From Phoronis australis (taxonomy: Eukaryota > Animalia > Phoronida): DNA of 64,000 bases. Of this stretch, positions 25,901 through 37,500 are shown piece after piece. Position 1 is the stretch's first letter. Every line of letters begins with the position of its first letter. The stretch spans positions 524,594 to 588,593 of the forward strand of contig NMRA01000044.1 of NCBI GenBank assembly GCA_002633005.1. The letters are read 5' to 3'. The notes under the pieces are model-generated. The model saw only the letters and a program-made list of their open reading frames with translations, was not told the DNA's origin and did not search any database. The translations under genes and the position numbers were made by a program.

Positions 25901-28878
25901 CCAACACTCCATGTATATTAATTCTTAAAAGTTGATCCATTCTTGTTAGATTTCGTGAAACAATAGTATCCTTGAGAGGATCTGGAACCCCTTATTTAGT
26001 TTCAGATTTATTTTCTACATTATTTAAAAATCACACAAATTCAGACAAAAATAATTGCCAAAAGTTGATCTACCTTTTTCATAGACTTCAAACATAGTAG
26101 TGAATGCTCGCAGTTTCTCAACTTTAAAACGATGAATTATTTATTTTGTGCTGCTTATCCTTTTTGAAAAAATGAGAAAGTAAATTTGACTTGTCTGCCA
26201 TATTGGTGTCCTAAATTGGTGACATTTTACCGTAACTTTTACTTTACTGTCACTTCATAATTGCAGAGATTTAACTTTTTAAGGTAACTGTGAACCTTGT
26301 TTACCAGGTTGTACTTTTGTGCAAATATCTTAAATTCTGTTACCTCTAACCACTGCAAAGCATATATTTTCTGAAAGGTGAATAAATTTCCTAGCAAAAT
26401 TTATTATTCTTATGTACTTGTCTTCATTTTTTCATGAGATATGCATTTTTTGGTAATTTTTTTTGACTTTGAACAGAGATTTTATATACATTATTCCTTG
26501 AATCACATTCTTTTCATAAAACCACGAGTTGGTTTCATGAAATGTAACTTGGTCTTACATTCTACAAATCTGTCGCTGACATTAAGCATGCAACTGCTAC
26601 TTACTAAGATAATTTCTATTTATTATTTCTGTACTGTGCTGTGCTCATAACTACTTATGGGTAAACATTTTTTAACAACTGTGAAGTAGGAACATAAGAC
26701 AACAGACCCCTGACACTGACTGATTTTTAACCTGTTGTTAGCAGTTTGACAGTGACTCTAGCTCCGAAGATGAAGTCAACCTGATTCAGTACCTCAAGGA
26801 GCAACAGAAATCTCAACAAACTGATGAGCTGGTGGTGACAGCTGCCAAGGAAATGGGTAAAGAACTGTTCGCACATCTGGTACCAGAAGAGAGGAGACAA
26901 AAATTGGATGAAATGGTATGTTTGGTCTGGCAAAAATTGGATGAAATGGTATGTTTGGACTGGCAAAAATTGGATGAAATGGTATGTTTGGACTGGCAAA
27001 AATTGGATGAAATGGTATGTTTGGACTGGCAAAAATTGGATGAAATGGTATGTTTGGACTGGCAAAAAAACTTCTAAGGAGAATTTTGAGTTCAATTTAG
27101 TAGTTTCCAAAAGCTGACTTAAAAATCCATAATTGGAGACTTAGTTGGAAAATTTTCTCTAGTTAATTTTTTCAGTTTAAAACAGGATTTGAGCTATTAT
27201 TTAAGTATGAAATGAAAATGCAGCCTCCTGTTCAAAATATCCAACGCACTTTCTTCGGAATAAAAAACAAATTATGACACATTTTCTGCTGTTTTCAGGT
27301 CGGCAAATTTCAACAAGAAATTGATGAGGAGTCTGAGAACAGAGCAGAGTTAGCGAAGCTTGAAAGAGAAGCAACGACAAGCGAAAGAAGACGACAGGTG
27401 CAGGCAAAGGTGAGTTAAGAATAGGGATTCCGAAGTGGTGTGACATGGTATTTACCCGTGGTAAAATCTCGCCGTCGACTCAAACTCCACATGACTTAGG
27501 TAAATTTAAGTACCAGACTGGGTTACTAAATGTTATGAGGTACACAAGTATTGGTCATGTGTTGACACACATCAGGCAGATCACATGACTGTAAGTCTTG
27601 TGTTGACGTTTTTATGGATAGTAGAAGTCACATTAACAAAGGATTGTGAGATATCGGCCATTCAAATCAGTACCACCAGTAGCTGTTGAGGTAACATTGT
27701 TGTTATTTCAAGTAGCCAGAAGTTCATCTTATCATGGATACGAGTTATCAGGAAGCATCTTTTCAGTAGCATCTACGTGTTTACTGAGCAGACGATCGCT
27801 TAAATGAAATTTCGTTGATTCTTGCTTGAACGACTCGCATCCCAGAATTCTATGCTCCTAGATGTGTATGGCATGTCAGTTTTCACTATCCAAAAAAGGT
27901 CAATTCACCAAGTTTAAAGTCTGGGTAATTAATAGGCTCCTAAGCACCCTGTCAAGATGTGGGATTTAAGAGCTATCGCTTCTTTATTATAGATATTACT
28001 ATAATTATGAATACGTCAATCTCAATATGGCATGGAAAATATGTTGCAAACATTTTAAGTCCTGTCAGCACGCCATCTGTCGGCATGCTGATAGGACTTA
28101 CAATGTTTGCAACATTATTATATTTATCGTAAATGTGATAATTAGTGTTAACCTAGTGCTTTTGGTTTTGTTGTTTAACATCATTTTGGTTATTATTCTC
28201 ATGTCTGCATGGTCATCTATAATTGTTTTGCCGTGGTTTCTTTTCGTGTAGCACGTAAGGGCTGCGTTCCATAGATCCAAGACAATGTCGAGAAAAGCTA
28301 AAGTGAACATGTGTTGCACTTGTACTGCATGGCGACATCTCGCAGACTTAATTGTGTGATACTGCTTTTTCAATAAGTTCTTGGTTCTATGGAACACAGC
28401 CCAGATCGACTCAGTGAACAAGCATTTCTACTGAAATGAAATTTGATCTTTGTAGTCGTCTCATTTTTGAGTCGCTGCACCTCACTCACCACGTCTGCTT
28501 TTTCAGGTGAAAAATTCCGACGAGAAGATCCAAGCTCTGGCTCTTCTCATGCTTCACTACTGTGCAGGTCTGCAAGATTGTGAGGACAAGATGGAGGCTG
28601 AACGACAGCGACTGAACAAGGACGAACCCTGGGAATTCATGGACGTGAATGAGATGCTGGACGAGGGGGAATGTAGTGGGATTCAAGATCTGTCAATGCC
28701 ACCAGAAGTGGATGTGAGGAGTACAGGCGATCAGAGCAAAACGAGTCAGAAAGGTGGAAGTTTACGGAGACGAAAAGTCGAGAAAGAGACTGATGTTGAA
28801 GAGGAACTTACATGTGAAAATAAGCTTGAGGAATTTCTGCATACAACTTTGAATGCAGAAAACACTGGAGATTATTGA
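7824..28878 (+). CDS. PDZD8: PDZ domain-containing protein 8 (ER membrane-contact SMP lipid-transfer protein), 5'-incomplete, 19 exons, about 1000 codons in window
   Basis: Phase-consistent GT-AG exons: 7824-7916, 8204-8380, 8948-9028, 9364-9565, 10981-11090, 13736-13822, 14588-14670, 15278-15380, 16154-16315, 18819-18971, 19311-19583, 20619-20905, 21121-21202, 22447-22541, 23022-23173, 25481-25686, 26742-26915, 27299-27409, 28507-28878. Motifs recognised from PDZD8: YGGGFQLAVDLDLLF..PYTHWSFSF, KKHTLPNYKIRYKPFFP, PNSPAALAG (PDZ), C1 His/Cys pattern, KIQALALLMLHYCAG. The N-terminal TM exon(s) were not found and are probably upstream of the window. Confidence 0.93.
8204..8380 (+). CDS. PDZD8: PDZD8 exon (SMP core)
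   Basis: cacag|GAA...CAG|gtaact; EVDILVDIIYGGGFQLAVDLDLLFNKTAYL..PYTHWSFSFCQ. Confidence 0.93.
8301..8500 (+). repeat. Degenerate tandem copies of the 3' part of a PDZD8 exon
   Basis: 8402-8465 aligns to exon sequence 8301-8364, with a third partial copy near 8466-8500. Confidence 0.7.
8948..9028 (+). CDS. PDZD8: PDZD8 exon (SMP end)
   Basis: aatag|GAT...CAG|gtaagt; DPKIEFKVKSQVGTRHVPQITSLIINQ. Confidence 0.92.
9364..9565 (+). CDS. PDZD8: PDZD8 exon (post-SMP, N-half of split C2)
   Basis: tttcag|TTA...G|gtgagt; LRRSLRKKHTLPNYKIRYKPFFP..GRLKVTSIGCSRL..CTLAV. Confidence 0.93.
10981..11090 (+). CDS. PDZD8: PDZD8 exon (PDZ start)
   Basis: gtag|AC...ACT|gtgagt; DKEAWIELSS..GQSVGMIFKT, phase 1/0. 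Confidence 0.85.
11815..12366. repeat. Minisatellite, ~39-bp unit
   Basis: About 14 degenerate copies of ccctctcatttcacagtccaatgtttgtcatgacgggg. Confidence 0.9.
13736..13822 (+). CDS. PDZD8: PDZD8 exon (PDZ)
   Basis: ctcag|GAA...AAA|gtaagt; ..VDTVIPNSPAALAGIKK. Confidence 0.9.
14588..14670 (+). CDS. PDZD8: PDZD8 exon (PDZ)
   Basis: ttgcag|AAT...AA|gtaagc; NDFITFIDGMKVSSTRVAAKLIKAAKN. Confidence 0.9.
15278..15380 (+). CDS. PDZD8: PDZD8 exon (PDZ end/linker)
   Basis: ttttag|G...AAT|gtaagt; FTIRVERSTQF.., phase 2/0. Confidence 0.85.
16154..16315 (+). CDS. PDZD8: PDZD8 exon (low-complexity linker)
   Basis: cacag|TTG...CAG|gtatac; open and phase 0/0. The donor is uncertain (alternative at 16301). 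Confidence 0.7.
17883..18170. repeat. Two short degenerate tandem repeats (~38-42 bp units)
   Basis: Recurring gaaattcagtccat, then atatctctctagcaaa..ctggttgcctct. Confidence 0.6.
18819..18971 (+). CDS. PDZD8: PDZD8 exon (basic linker)
   Basis: atgcag|AAG...CAA|gtaagg; KKKELDAVNPATRSLTNSPIHRRRS.., phase 0/0. Confidence 0.75.
19311..19583 (+). CDS. PDZD8: PDZD8 exon (C-half of C2)
   Basis: aagcag|GGC...CAT|gtaagt; ..YPMWNETFSFEL..FLNVGIW..DILLGH. Confidence 0.88.
19780..20555. repeat. 167-bp duplication around N20388 (haplotype overlap)
   Basis: 19780-19946 vs 20389-20555, near-identical. Confidence 0.88.
19947..20387. mobile_element. One end of a TA-targeting DNA transposon, truncated by the contig break
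   Basis: Starts TA|CGGTAAAGTCGCGTGATTTTCGGAC. The other copy has the empty TA site at 20554-55. Confidence 0.7.
20619..20905 (+). CDS. PDZD8: PDZD8 exon (C2 end)
   Basis: tttcag|ACC...AA|gtatgt; TSVPLMDVALDCL..HSGFDPSLCYGDVTIAF. Confidence 0.9.
21121..21202 (+). CDS. PDZD8: PDZD8 exon (C1 domain, first half)
   Basis: tcgcag|G...AAG|gttagt; KHDFMAARFHSVTYCNFCRKK. Confidence 0.92.
21740..22150. repeat. Interspersed repeat; second copy at ~34970-35425
   Basis: Shared blocks caaaatccaac..tggtttggtaattgg, aaaagtcaca..aaaattcaaaaacc and gtgtcaac.taggattct. Confidence 0.7.
22447..22541 (+). CDS. PDZD8: PDZD8 exon (C1 domain, second half)
   Basis: ttccag|ATA...AA|gtaggc; IWLKVAFQCRACAMICHNKCTERCQLETTC. 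Confidence 0.92.
23022..23173 (+). CDS. PDZD8: PDZD8 exon (linker)
   Basis: tgacag|A...G|gtgagt; phase 2/1, open. Confidence 0.78.
23727..25125. mobile_element. Non-autonomous Tc1/mariner-pogo (Tc2-like) transposon, 1399 bp
   Basis: TIRs CCGTATTCGCCGTAATAACAGCCC vs reverse complement CCGTACTCGCCGTAATAACCGCCC, TA flanks on both sides, subterminal ggggcgcttat motifs, no transposase ORF. Confidence 0.88.
25370..25442. repeat. (TAT/TGT)n microsatellite
   Basis: Direct reading. Confidence 0.8.
25481..25686 (+). CDS. PDZD8: PDZD8 exon (linker)
   Basis: tattag|AT...GGG|gtaatt; DATTHVPNITCEPPTPDD..RPRSNS.., phase 1/0. Confidence 0.75.
26742..26915 (+). CDS. PDZD8: PDZD8 exon (start of C-terminal coiled coil)
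   Basis: tag/cag NAGNAG acceptor; ..AAKEMGKELFAHLVPEERRQKLDEM|gtatgt. The donor is repeated five times by a 33-bp repeat. Confidence 0.9.
26898..27067 (+). repeat. 33-bp tandem repeat x5 spanning a PDZD8 exon/intron boundary
   Basis: Unit caaaaattggatgaaatg|gtatgtttggactgg. Confidence 0.95.
27299..27409 (+). CDS. PDZD8: PDZD8 exon (coiled coil)
   Basis: tttcag|GTC...AAG|gtgagt; VGKFQQEIDEESENRAELAKLERE.. Confidence 0.92.
28507..28878 (+). CDS. PDZD8: PDZD8 terminal coding exon
   Basis: tttcag|GTG; VKNSDEKIQALALLMLHYCAGLQDC followed by an acidic tail and TGA. Confidence 0.93.
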   Translation: MKNSDEKIQALALLMLHYCAGLQDCEDKMEAERQRLNKDEPWEFMDVNEMLDEGECSGIQDLSMPPEVDVRSTGDQSKTSQKGGSLRRRKVEKETDVEEELTCENKLEEFLHTTLNAENTGDY

Positions 28879-30601
28879 CTATTTGTGCAAATATCCATCT
28901 TAATGTGAAGGATTCATCTTCTGCAGTGTGTCAGAAGAATGGTGGTTTTATGAAAGACAAGGTGTTTAGTCTCTGGAGATGGTCCCTGGACAGGTCATCA
29001 AGGTCTTGCAAGCCTCCACAGGTTACCATTGTTCTGGCTATAGGAGCTCATGCCTCCCATAATTTGCAGTGCAAGAAGAGCAACATTGGTGGCGACTGCC
29101 GAAGGTGTGGTTATGGGCAGCGAGAGGGGGAGGAAACCAATGGCAAGATTGATTAAAGTCCCGTACAGCACTACTTAAGTCGCAAACTTCAAACTTGAAC
29201 AAATCGAGTTAACAGTAATCTATGGAACGTCTCTTTGAAGCTATTAATGATCTCGTGTAATAAGGAACTTAAGATGCTGTATAAAAATATATAACAAGTG
29301 GTTGCACTGCAGATGAAGCAAAGAGTGGTTTTCAAAGTCAGCACTGCGTGGGGCTTTAAGGCAAATGTGTCTTTGACCTCCTTTAATTTTCTCTTCCTAT
29401 GAACCTGGTAGGCATTCTACAAAATTTGTGGAAATTAGAGAACAGTTAGACCTCCCCTTGGGAATCCACTTGTGAATTTATGCCAGTCATTCATTTACAG
29501 CACAGGTTGGAGTTTTTGTGCATTGTTTTGTAAGTTTTAATGTTTCAACAGACTATATTCTATGGTAATTTCAATTTTATATGCATTCCTTAGTAATTTG
29601 CTTAGATTGCCAAGCCATGAATTTACATGTTAACTTAATGTAATACTCCTCACATCAAATTGGGTCTTGCAGTAGCAATGACCCAGATCAAGTGTCACAT
29701 GTCCATCTACTTAGATTGGTAACAGATCAATTGGCTTATCTTAGGATTTGATATTTTTAATCCAGTAAAGGGTTTGTTCATACCTCGGTTTATTTTGACT
29801 ATGTGGTTCACTCATATCCCAAGTCTTCTTGATCATTGAGGAATTTGTGATGTCTCGATTTATTTTGAATTTAATCTTGAAAATTGTGTGATTTGATTCA
29901 TGTTCATTGCGATCAATTCTTAGAATGTTGTCATTTCTTGATGTCATAAGATTGTTTGTGTCTCAGTTCATATAAATTGTGATCGTTAAATTTGCTAATC
30001 TCGGTCTCTTAGTAGACTTTGATCATTATTTCAAATCTCATGCATTGGTTTTAATGAGATGCTTAACATAGGCATCTGTACTTAATATTTTCTAATTATT
30101 ACTTTTAGGTGTACCCGAAATTTTATGAAGAAAGAAATTGTAATGAACATAGCAACGAGCCATTTTTGAATACTTACTAGGCATATTCTTAAATATGATA
30201 ATGTCACAGAATGCAATTTAAAAATTGTGTTGATTTATTTAGATGTGTAGTACGGGCAGCAAAAAGGTTCGAAGTAAACAAGACTCCCTAACAGATAAGT
30301 GATTCGACAAATATATATTTGACACAAAGAACTTTTTCGTTCCCCAAATAACCCGTTAGTTTTTCAAAATCAACTTGTTTGTTCGACAGTTAACCAGTCG
30401 GTTTACTTATTGTGTCTATTTTAAACCTTATTTCTGCTCATATTGTGTTACTCACATGTGATATTAAAACTTCATGAAACAACGGAGCTACGCACTGTAC
30501 TTAAGTGCATCTTCTATTATCATCGCATGGTTAGACAAGATTTCCTTACTCAAGGTTTGCCTTGCAAAGGTTGGTTTTAACTGGGACCATGTTCCCTAAG
30601 G

Positions 30602-30703
30602 CTGATCTCACACAGGTCTTTGCAAGGTATTGCACTGATCTCACACAGGTCTTTGCAAGGTATTGCACTGATCTCACACAGGTCTTTGCAAGGTATTGCA
30701 CTG
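30602..30703. repeat. 33-bp tandem repeat x3
   Basis: ctgatctcacacaggtctttgcaaggtattgca, perfect copies. Confidence 0.92.
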
Positions 30704-33134
30704 TATAACAAGTGAAGAATGTGATCTTACTAGCTTGAACTGGCATGTACCGTACATTATATAATGGGACAAGGATAACCAGATTGCAAAATAGTTTTAT
30801 ACAGTTCTGCGGCAGATTTTCAGGGGCTCAGTTCAGTTGGTTTGAACCCTTCAGAAGTGATGTCCCTCTCCAATACCATTACTTTTGTGAAGCTGTATGA
30901 TTGTGTAAACTCTCTTAAAATCATAGATCTGCTGTCAGTTTTCATGGATCTTCTCTGTCTAAGCTGAAGATGGAATAAAGACTAGGTAACAACTTAAGCA
31001 AGGGGATTATTCGGCTAAAAATCAACACTTGTCACAGTTTTATTTACAGATACACTGAGATAGCCTTGAGTGTTTGCTTCCTTTAGGTTCAAATTGTTCA
31101 TTTCCTCTCAGTTGCATGTGGGGCACTGGAATATCTTATTACTGTAGATTTCTGTTTATATGCCAGGGGCTCATATTTTGTAGAGGGCATTTTCAAACTA
31201 GGCGTCAAATCCAAACATGTCCCCCTGAACTGAGTGCCTGTCCTCTATGTATTTGAATGAAATGTTTAGCGCCCACTCTTGGGGACTCCCTGCGTTCACA
31301 CTGGCAGTTCCTATGAGGGTATAATTTTCAGTGTGAACATTATTTCGAAATCGATTTATGCATTTAGAATGACTGCATTTCTTCATATTCTTTTTGCGAT
31401 CAATAAAGTATTTATTACTAATGAGGAGTAATTATTTGAGTACATGCAGCACACTTATAAATACAAGTCAATATGTTTCAGCCTTTACTTCTATTGCACT
31501 AATTAAGCCAATTTACATGACAAAAATTGTATAAATGGTCATGGTCTGTTTTTTTTTTTGAAAATAAATGCAGCATTGTTTTAATCGTTCAGTCTTTCAA
31601 AAGTCGTCTGATGTCGCCTGAAATAGATTTTGAGATCCTTTTTTTCCCAGCACCACCTGGTACTACCTTTGAGGGGGTAAACTTCAAAATGACTAAGGTG
31701 CAGACCATAACCACTTATGCTATGTTTTGGTCATTAATACATATAAAATGAAATGCCTTGATTGTTGGTGCGAATATATCCAGTCAGTAAATCTTGCTTA
31801 AAGCAACCTCTTCATTTCTTGAAATGGAATGTACCTGTAAAAATAAATAATACTTAACTGACAGAAATGAAACGACAAAGGATAGAAAAACAACCGATAA
31901 GCTTGGGTATGTTTAGAAAATTTATTTGCCTATTGGGTACATATACATCTTGTTTGGCTGATTGACAGAGCTTTGAGACTTGGTTGTAACCATGAATGCC
32001 GAACAACACAGCTGCTGCACTCCTAAACATAGTTCTTTCACCTATAAGTGTGACTCGCCAACCTCCATTTACTCGATACTGACGGGCATGGTTCACTGAC
32101 CACCAAACACGGTGCTGGACTCCCAAAACACGGCTTAAACAGCAGTAAAACTTGTGCTTAAACATTGGTTGTGTTTTGTGAGTGTGTTACCATGTTTGGT
32201 GTTTGTCGAGCTGGTCAGTTGTTCAACTGAGATCAGGGCTGCAAGCTGTGTTTACAAGTGAAGGAATATTTACGATTGAGGCAGGGCCCGATAAATTTGT
32301 ACAATAAACCATTTCCTGGTTTATATCAAGCCAGGAACAAGTTTGTTCCTAATCAAAGAGATAGAATGGCCCCAATTTCTTTAAGCATTTCCACGCATTG
32401 AGCAATAGTTAATAGTAAGAACTAAGAAACTGAAACTTCGGAGTGAAGGTCTAGTCATCTGACAATTGGCAAAAGGAATTCTGGTAGATATTGAGATCTC
32501 CGCAGAGAAAACTTTAAACCTAAAAAGAGGCTCTCTTTTTAAATGGCNGCAATGCAGTAGTTGGATCCATCCAATAAATGACACCAGTCATGCTCACCAC
32601 TAGAGCTTATAACAGTAGTCTCGTTTGTCTGAAATATGTCAACCATACTCTTCTCCCTAGAAACAAATCTGTCAAATTTTTGACGATCCTTCACCAAACT
32701 TGGTCGAAATTAAGGCCACCCCTCCAAAATGAAATGGTCACTAGAAGGCAAAGCAATAGTGGGACTCATCTGAAAATCAACATCAGCCATTCGTTACAAC
32801 ACACAATTGACGATACTTTGTGAAACTTAGTACAAAAAATAAAAACTTAAGGGCATAGCAGTAAACAGATCTGTCTTAAAATTAATGTCAGCCATGCTGT
32901 CGTCAGTAGGAGCACATCCCTCACATGAAATAAGGATCTTTCACTGAACTTGGTAGACATAGAGGTAGGCGCCATAAACCAAAACTGTCATTAGAGGATC
33001 GAAAATTATCATCTATGCTTTATTCAGCAGATAGAGAGGCATATGTAAGAAAGGGAACTAAAATTGCCACTTATGGGCATAGCAGTGATTGGAGTGGTCC
33101 AATTTCATAAAAAAACAGCAAGTGACAAGCTAGA

Positions 33135-33323
33135 TATAGACCTTATTCACAGTCACCATTTTAGTAGTGAGCCTCTTTTTAGGTTTAAAAAACAATGCAT
33201 TTGAGACATAAATATAACAAGGCATGCGAAAAATCATGTTTTGCGCTGTGATTAAGCGCAGAATGCTTTAAACCTAAAAAGAGGCTCTCTTTTTAAATGG
33301 CGACTGCGTGGACAAGGTGTATA
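33135..33323. mobile_element. MITE-like element with ~55-bp imperfect inverted arms
   Basis: tagaccttattcacagtcaccatttt..gagcctctttttaggtttaaa vs tttaaacctaaaaagaggctc..aaatggcgactgcgtggacaaggtgta. The same right arm also ends at N32548. Confidence 0.7.
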
Positions 33324-34415
33324 GCTGGAAACTGAAAAACTCAAAATTGCCACTAGGTGGCACAGCAGTAGTCGTCATCATTTGTCATCAGCTTCATAAG
33401 AGCACATCTTTCAAATTTTGTGAATATCTCTCAAGGCACTTAGATGATACGGCAGCAGACGACAGATATAGGGTGGCGGACAGACGTCACATGGGTGCCA
33501 GACAGACGTCACATGGATGACGCACAGATATGAATGTCATATGTGCTCACACAGATATATATGAGGTAATAAGGCAACAAATCTGTCAATTAGCCTTTGA
33601 TAACCACAGACTATTATGGCAATTACTTTGGTGAAAAAGACCTGAAGAAACATTCACTCACTCAGGGAGAAAGTTGGTTGTGACTTATGACCAGAGTTAC
33701 ATCATTACTAGTAGTACTGAGGTGTTGCTACACATCTGTGGAACATACTAAGCATTACTAGCAAAAGCACTCATAGTTTTCTTACCAGCCTAGAACAATT
33801 TGGATACAAGACAGATGGTATAGATAGCTTAAATTAAGTGGTATAATTCTTTAGAAAACATTGGCATTTCCTGAAGCACACTAGCAAAAGACACGGCGGG
33901 TTTCATATGAAGCCTCGTCAGAATGTTTACTAGTATAGGCTTGCACTTTACTGCCAAAACAATACAAAGCAGATATAGGTCATGGTATGGAAGTATCGCA
34001 AAATACCGTTAAAATATGCCACCAGTAAGGAAATATTGACATCAGATCACGTTCATGATTCTTAAAGGTGTGCAGTTGAAATTTGGCTGCATGTTTCTGG
34101 TATGATAGAAATTTTTACGTGTCGAAGCCTTAAAGCATCCACAAAACTACCAACTTTTCAGATATGGGCCATTCTGCAGTGTAGCAAGTTGAAACTTTGA
34201 GTTTCATACAGTTCTAATCACGTGGTGACTTCTTGGTTGCCTGAAAGAAATTTTCTGGCTTGATGGGGAGAGAAATTTGGGGTGATTCTTAAATGTTTTA
34301 CCCAAGAGGAATGAGACAGATACTCGATCCTGAAATCAAGGCACAGGAAGGTCCGCCAGAAAACACCTGAATAACAATTGGTAGGAAAATGACAACTAAC
34401 CGTCTACAAACAGTT

Positions 34416-34549
34416 TCACTGTTTGACTCCCACGTACGTGATCTCCTTCCCTGTTTTCTTCAAGGTCTCCAGAAGTATGTCATACGGAAGGTCAGAATGG
34501 ACAAGCACTGTTTTCGTCTCAAGATCAGTTTCAACACTCTCGACCTTGT
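34416..34549 (-). CDS. ATOX1: ATOX1 exon 3
   Basis: attccag|AC AAG...LLETLKKTGKEITYVGVKQ TGA. Confidence 0.95.
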
Positions 34550-37500
34550 CTGGAATAAATCAGTAGGCCGGGTTAATAGTAATACAGTCTGATTCAAACC
34601 GGTGGATCTACAGTAAATATGAGCTTAGGAAACAACATGACAGATTTTTCATTTTCTCAAATTCCTTTCCTCAAATTTTCAATTTCTTAGTAGCATGAAT
34701 CGCACTAACAGCAGCCAGAAGACAACATTTGGTATAATTCTATGTATTTGTGGCAGTGTAGAAAACATTCAAAAACTGGGCTCGCAATTAGGGAGCTCAA
34801 AAAAGGGGTGAGCTTATTGCCAGTTGGGCTTATAATGGACACTCCTGTAAAAACCCGAGGGCTCATAACACCTACTTGCAGCATTCCCGTTTACCGGCAA
34901 ATAACAGTATCTTACCAAATTTTATAAGCCAGACAAGAATTATTAATCTCCGCCAGTTGTTGGGTCCAGTAAAACATGCCAAGAATTGTACGATGACACT
35001 TGGTCTACCACAAAATCCAACGCTCCCTGGTGGTTTGGTAATTGGCTCATTATGTTGCACACACCACACAAAATTAACGAGGCACAGAACAACGCCGAAG
35101 CTCTGGGCAATATTCGCTTAAAATTCACAGGCTAAAAGTCACACTTCATATCCAATTTTAAAAATTCAAAAACCAAACAATGTCTACTTAAATTTCAAGA
35201 ACGATTCAAATATGCTATTTAAAAAGTTTTAAATCAAAAATTAAAAAAAATTCAATGTTTATGGTGGGTCTGATTATCTAAGGACAATAACATCAGCAGC
35301 TTGAGACAATTTAATTAACCGCAACAGCATGAGGTCTGATCCGAACCTGCAATTCCTGAGGTAGGCAAACCGGTCGAGTTGCCCGGTCTTGACCAGTTTG
35401 AGTGTCAACATAGGATTCTTGTCATGATATTTGTGCAATTACAACCAGTCTACACATGAGTCAATAAAATATTGGAAATTTTGAAAATTTGTTCCTCTCA
35501 AAACAATCAATTGAGGACATCAAACACATGCTACGCATTTTATCAGGGATCGGACTTTATTCAACCAGCAGATCCTTTGGACCGGCATTCCAAAAACCCA
35601 CTACAGACTGATATTTGAATTGAAACCCATGGGCTAGTATCACACACGAGGTCAATGATGAACATACATTGTCAGGGTCAGATTTTATAGACAGTTTTGT
35701 GCTGCATGGCCTACTAAAGGACATAGTGTAAGTGGGAAAGATAATTATTTGAGTGGACTGAAGGATACCAGAGCAGGTATACATGAACAACTCAAAAGTG
35801 GGGGTGGGGATACACCCCAGGTGGTCTTATGTCCAAATAGATACTGTAGTTTTAGCAACTATTTTATCTGAATTGAAGAGTTTTTGCATTTTAATTTAAG
35901 ATGGTGGTCAAGACCAATTCCACTGCCTGGTAGCCACCACTCATTGGCAGTGACTCAACTAGCCAAAAGTAACATTTTGCAGAAGTGATTCTAACCTTGA
36001 GGATATTTCTCAATCATTGGAGGGGAATTTTTAGCCTGATGAATGAAGGGAATTCCGTGTGATTTTTACATATTTTTCATTGGGGCATCAAGGGCCCTGA
36101 ATGACATCCCTGTTTTGACACACCAAGTAACACATTGTCCAAGTGTGTACACACACCCACGGTTATTAAACAGAGAACTCTACCCTGATCTGGGCATTAA
36201 GTAACCAGAAAGTTTGAAAACAAAATATTTTGAAAAGTCTTGACTGGTTATGAATCTGAATTGGTCTACAGTTAGTTACAATTACAAATTCTGTGCTCTT
36301 TGGACCTCCAATTCATCACAGAGAAGTGTTCACAGAGACGTAGACGTTGTGAAACAGTTAAAATACTAGACTGCATAAACTGTGGACGTTTAAATAACTG
36401 AACGCGACACCCATTGTATTTGAGGACAGCACTATAATAGACACACATACATACCAAGCTTTGACAATACTCTTTTAGCAGCACCAGAACAGCCCTCGCA
36501 TGTCATCTCCATTTTAAACTCGTGGACCTAAACATAAAAAGTATAGAGTGTTCTAGACGTTATGGTTTCATTCCAGGGCTTGTGACCACCAAATTTTACT
36601 CAAGGCTAGACTTGGAAATTGACCTTCATTGCGGGAAAATTGAAAGTTTACTGGAAGCTTGCCATGGGATTGGACAAATGTTTTGAGTTCAGTCAGACTG
36701 AGACTCAGGAAGTTAAACAATCAGGCACCATGGTTTGAGTAAAGATTTAAAAGTTTACTGGAAGCGAGTCATGTAATTGGACAATTTTTTAGCTGAGTTT
36801 CGAGTATAGGAATTAAACTCATGCACTGATTTTACAGTGTAATATTGGAAAAATGTTCTCAAATTGTTTTCCAGAAATTGCGGAACCAACTGCTTCCTCC
36901 ATAAGGGAATTGAAATTGCCAGATTACTGTGAAACTTGCCACACATATAGAAAATGAAGATCCAGGACGCCAGCTATAAGACCTTATACAAAAAAACAGT
37001 GCCTCTTCTTTGAGGAGAAATTCTTGGTTCTCATCTTGGCAGCCACTGTGACATCTTTTCTAAGTTGGACAGAATTAATTCCCCAGTAGACAAAAACAGC
37101 TAGTTCCATAAAGTTGACGAAATTATTCAAGTACTAATAAGACGCTCTGTAGCAGAACAGATTTGCATCAGTGCAGGACTTCATTTGAATGAATGACTGC
37201 AACCTAACCTGAGACATTTTATGTCCAAGATTAAGAGTCCGTAATACTACAAAACCCAGGTCAAACTATTAAAGCTGCTGTAACTGGACTTCTGTCACAC
37301 AACAGTTTTGTTTTGGACCATACAGCTGGTACAGAATCACTGATAATAAGCACCTTACTCAAATTAGAGAGCTTTGGATTCTGGGCTAGAAAAGAGCTGA
37401 GTCTGTTATTGCTTAAGACCAGGCTAAAAATGGTGGTCGTCACAGTGGGTCATTCTAAGTGCCAGAATGAAAAATCAAACCTGTTGACAAGACTCTGTCA

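Noticed and set aside
26727-27117. Repetitive ORFs (QFLPVQTYHFI, MKWYVWTGKNW) as novel proteins
   Set aside because: They are alternative-frame and antisense readings of the 33-bp repeat.
28875-29156. ORF overlapping the PDZD8 stop, operon-like
   Set aside because: Non-ATG start, no recognisable homology, and it lies in the presumptive 3' UTR.
32097-32201. Imperfect hairpin as a pre-miRNA
   Set aside because: The arms are imperfect with a long loop, which fits a small decayed MITE at least as well. No expression evidence.
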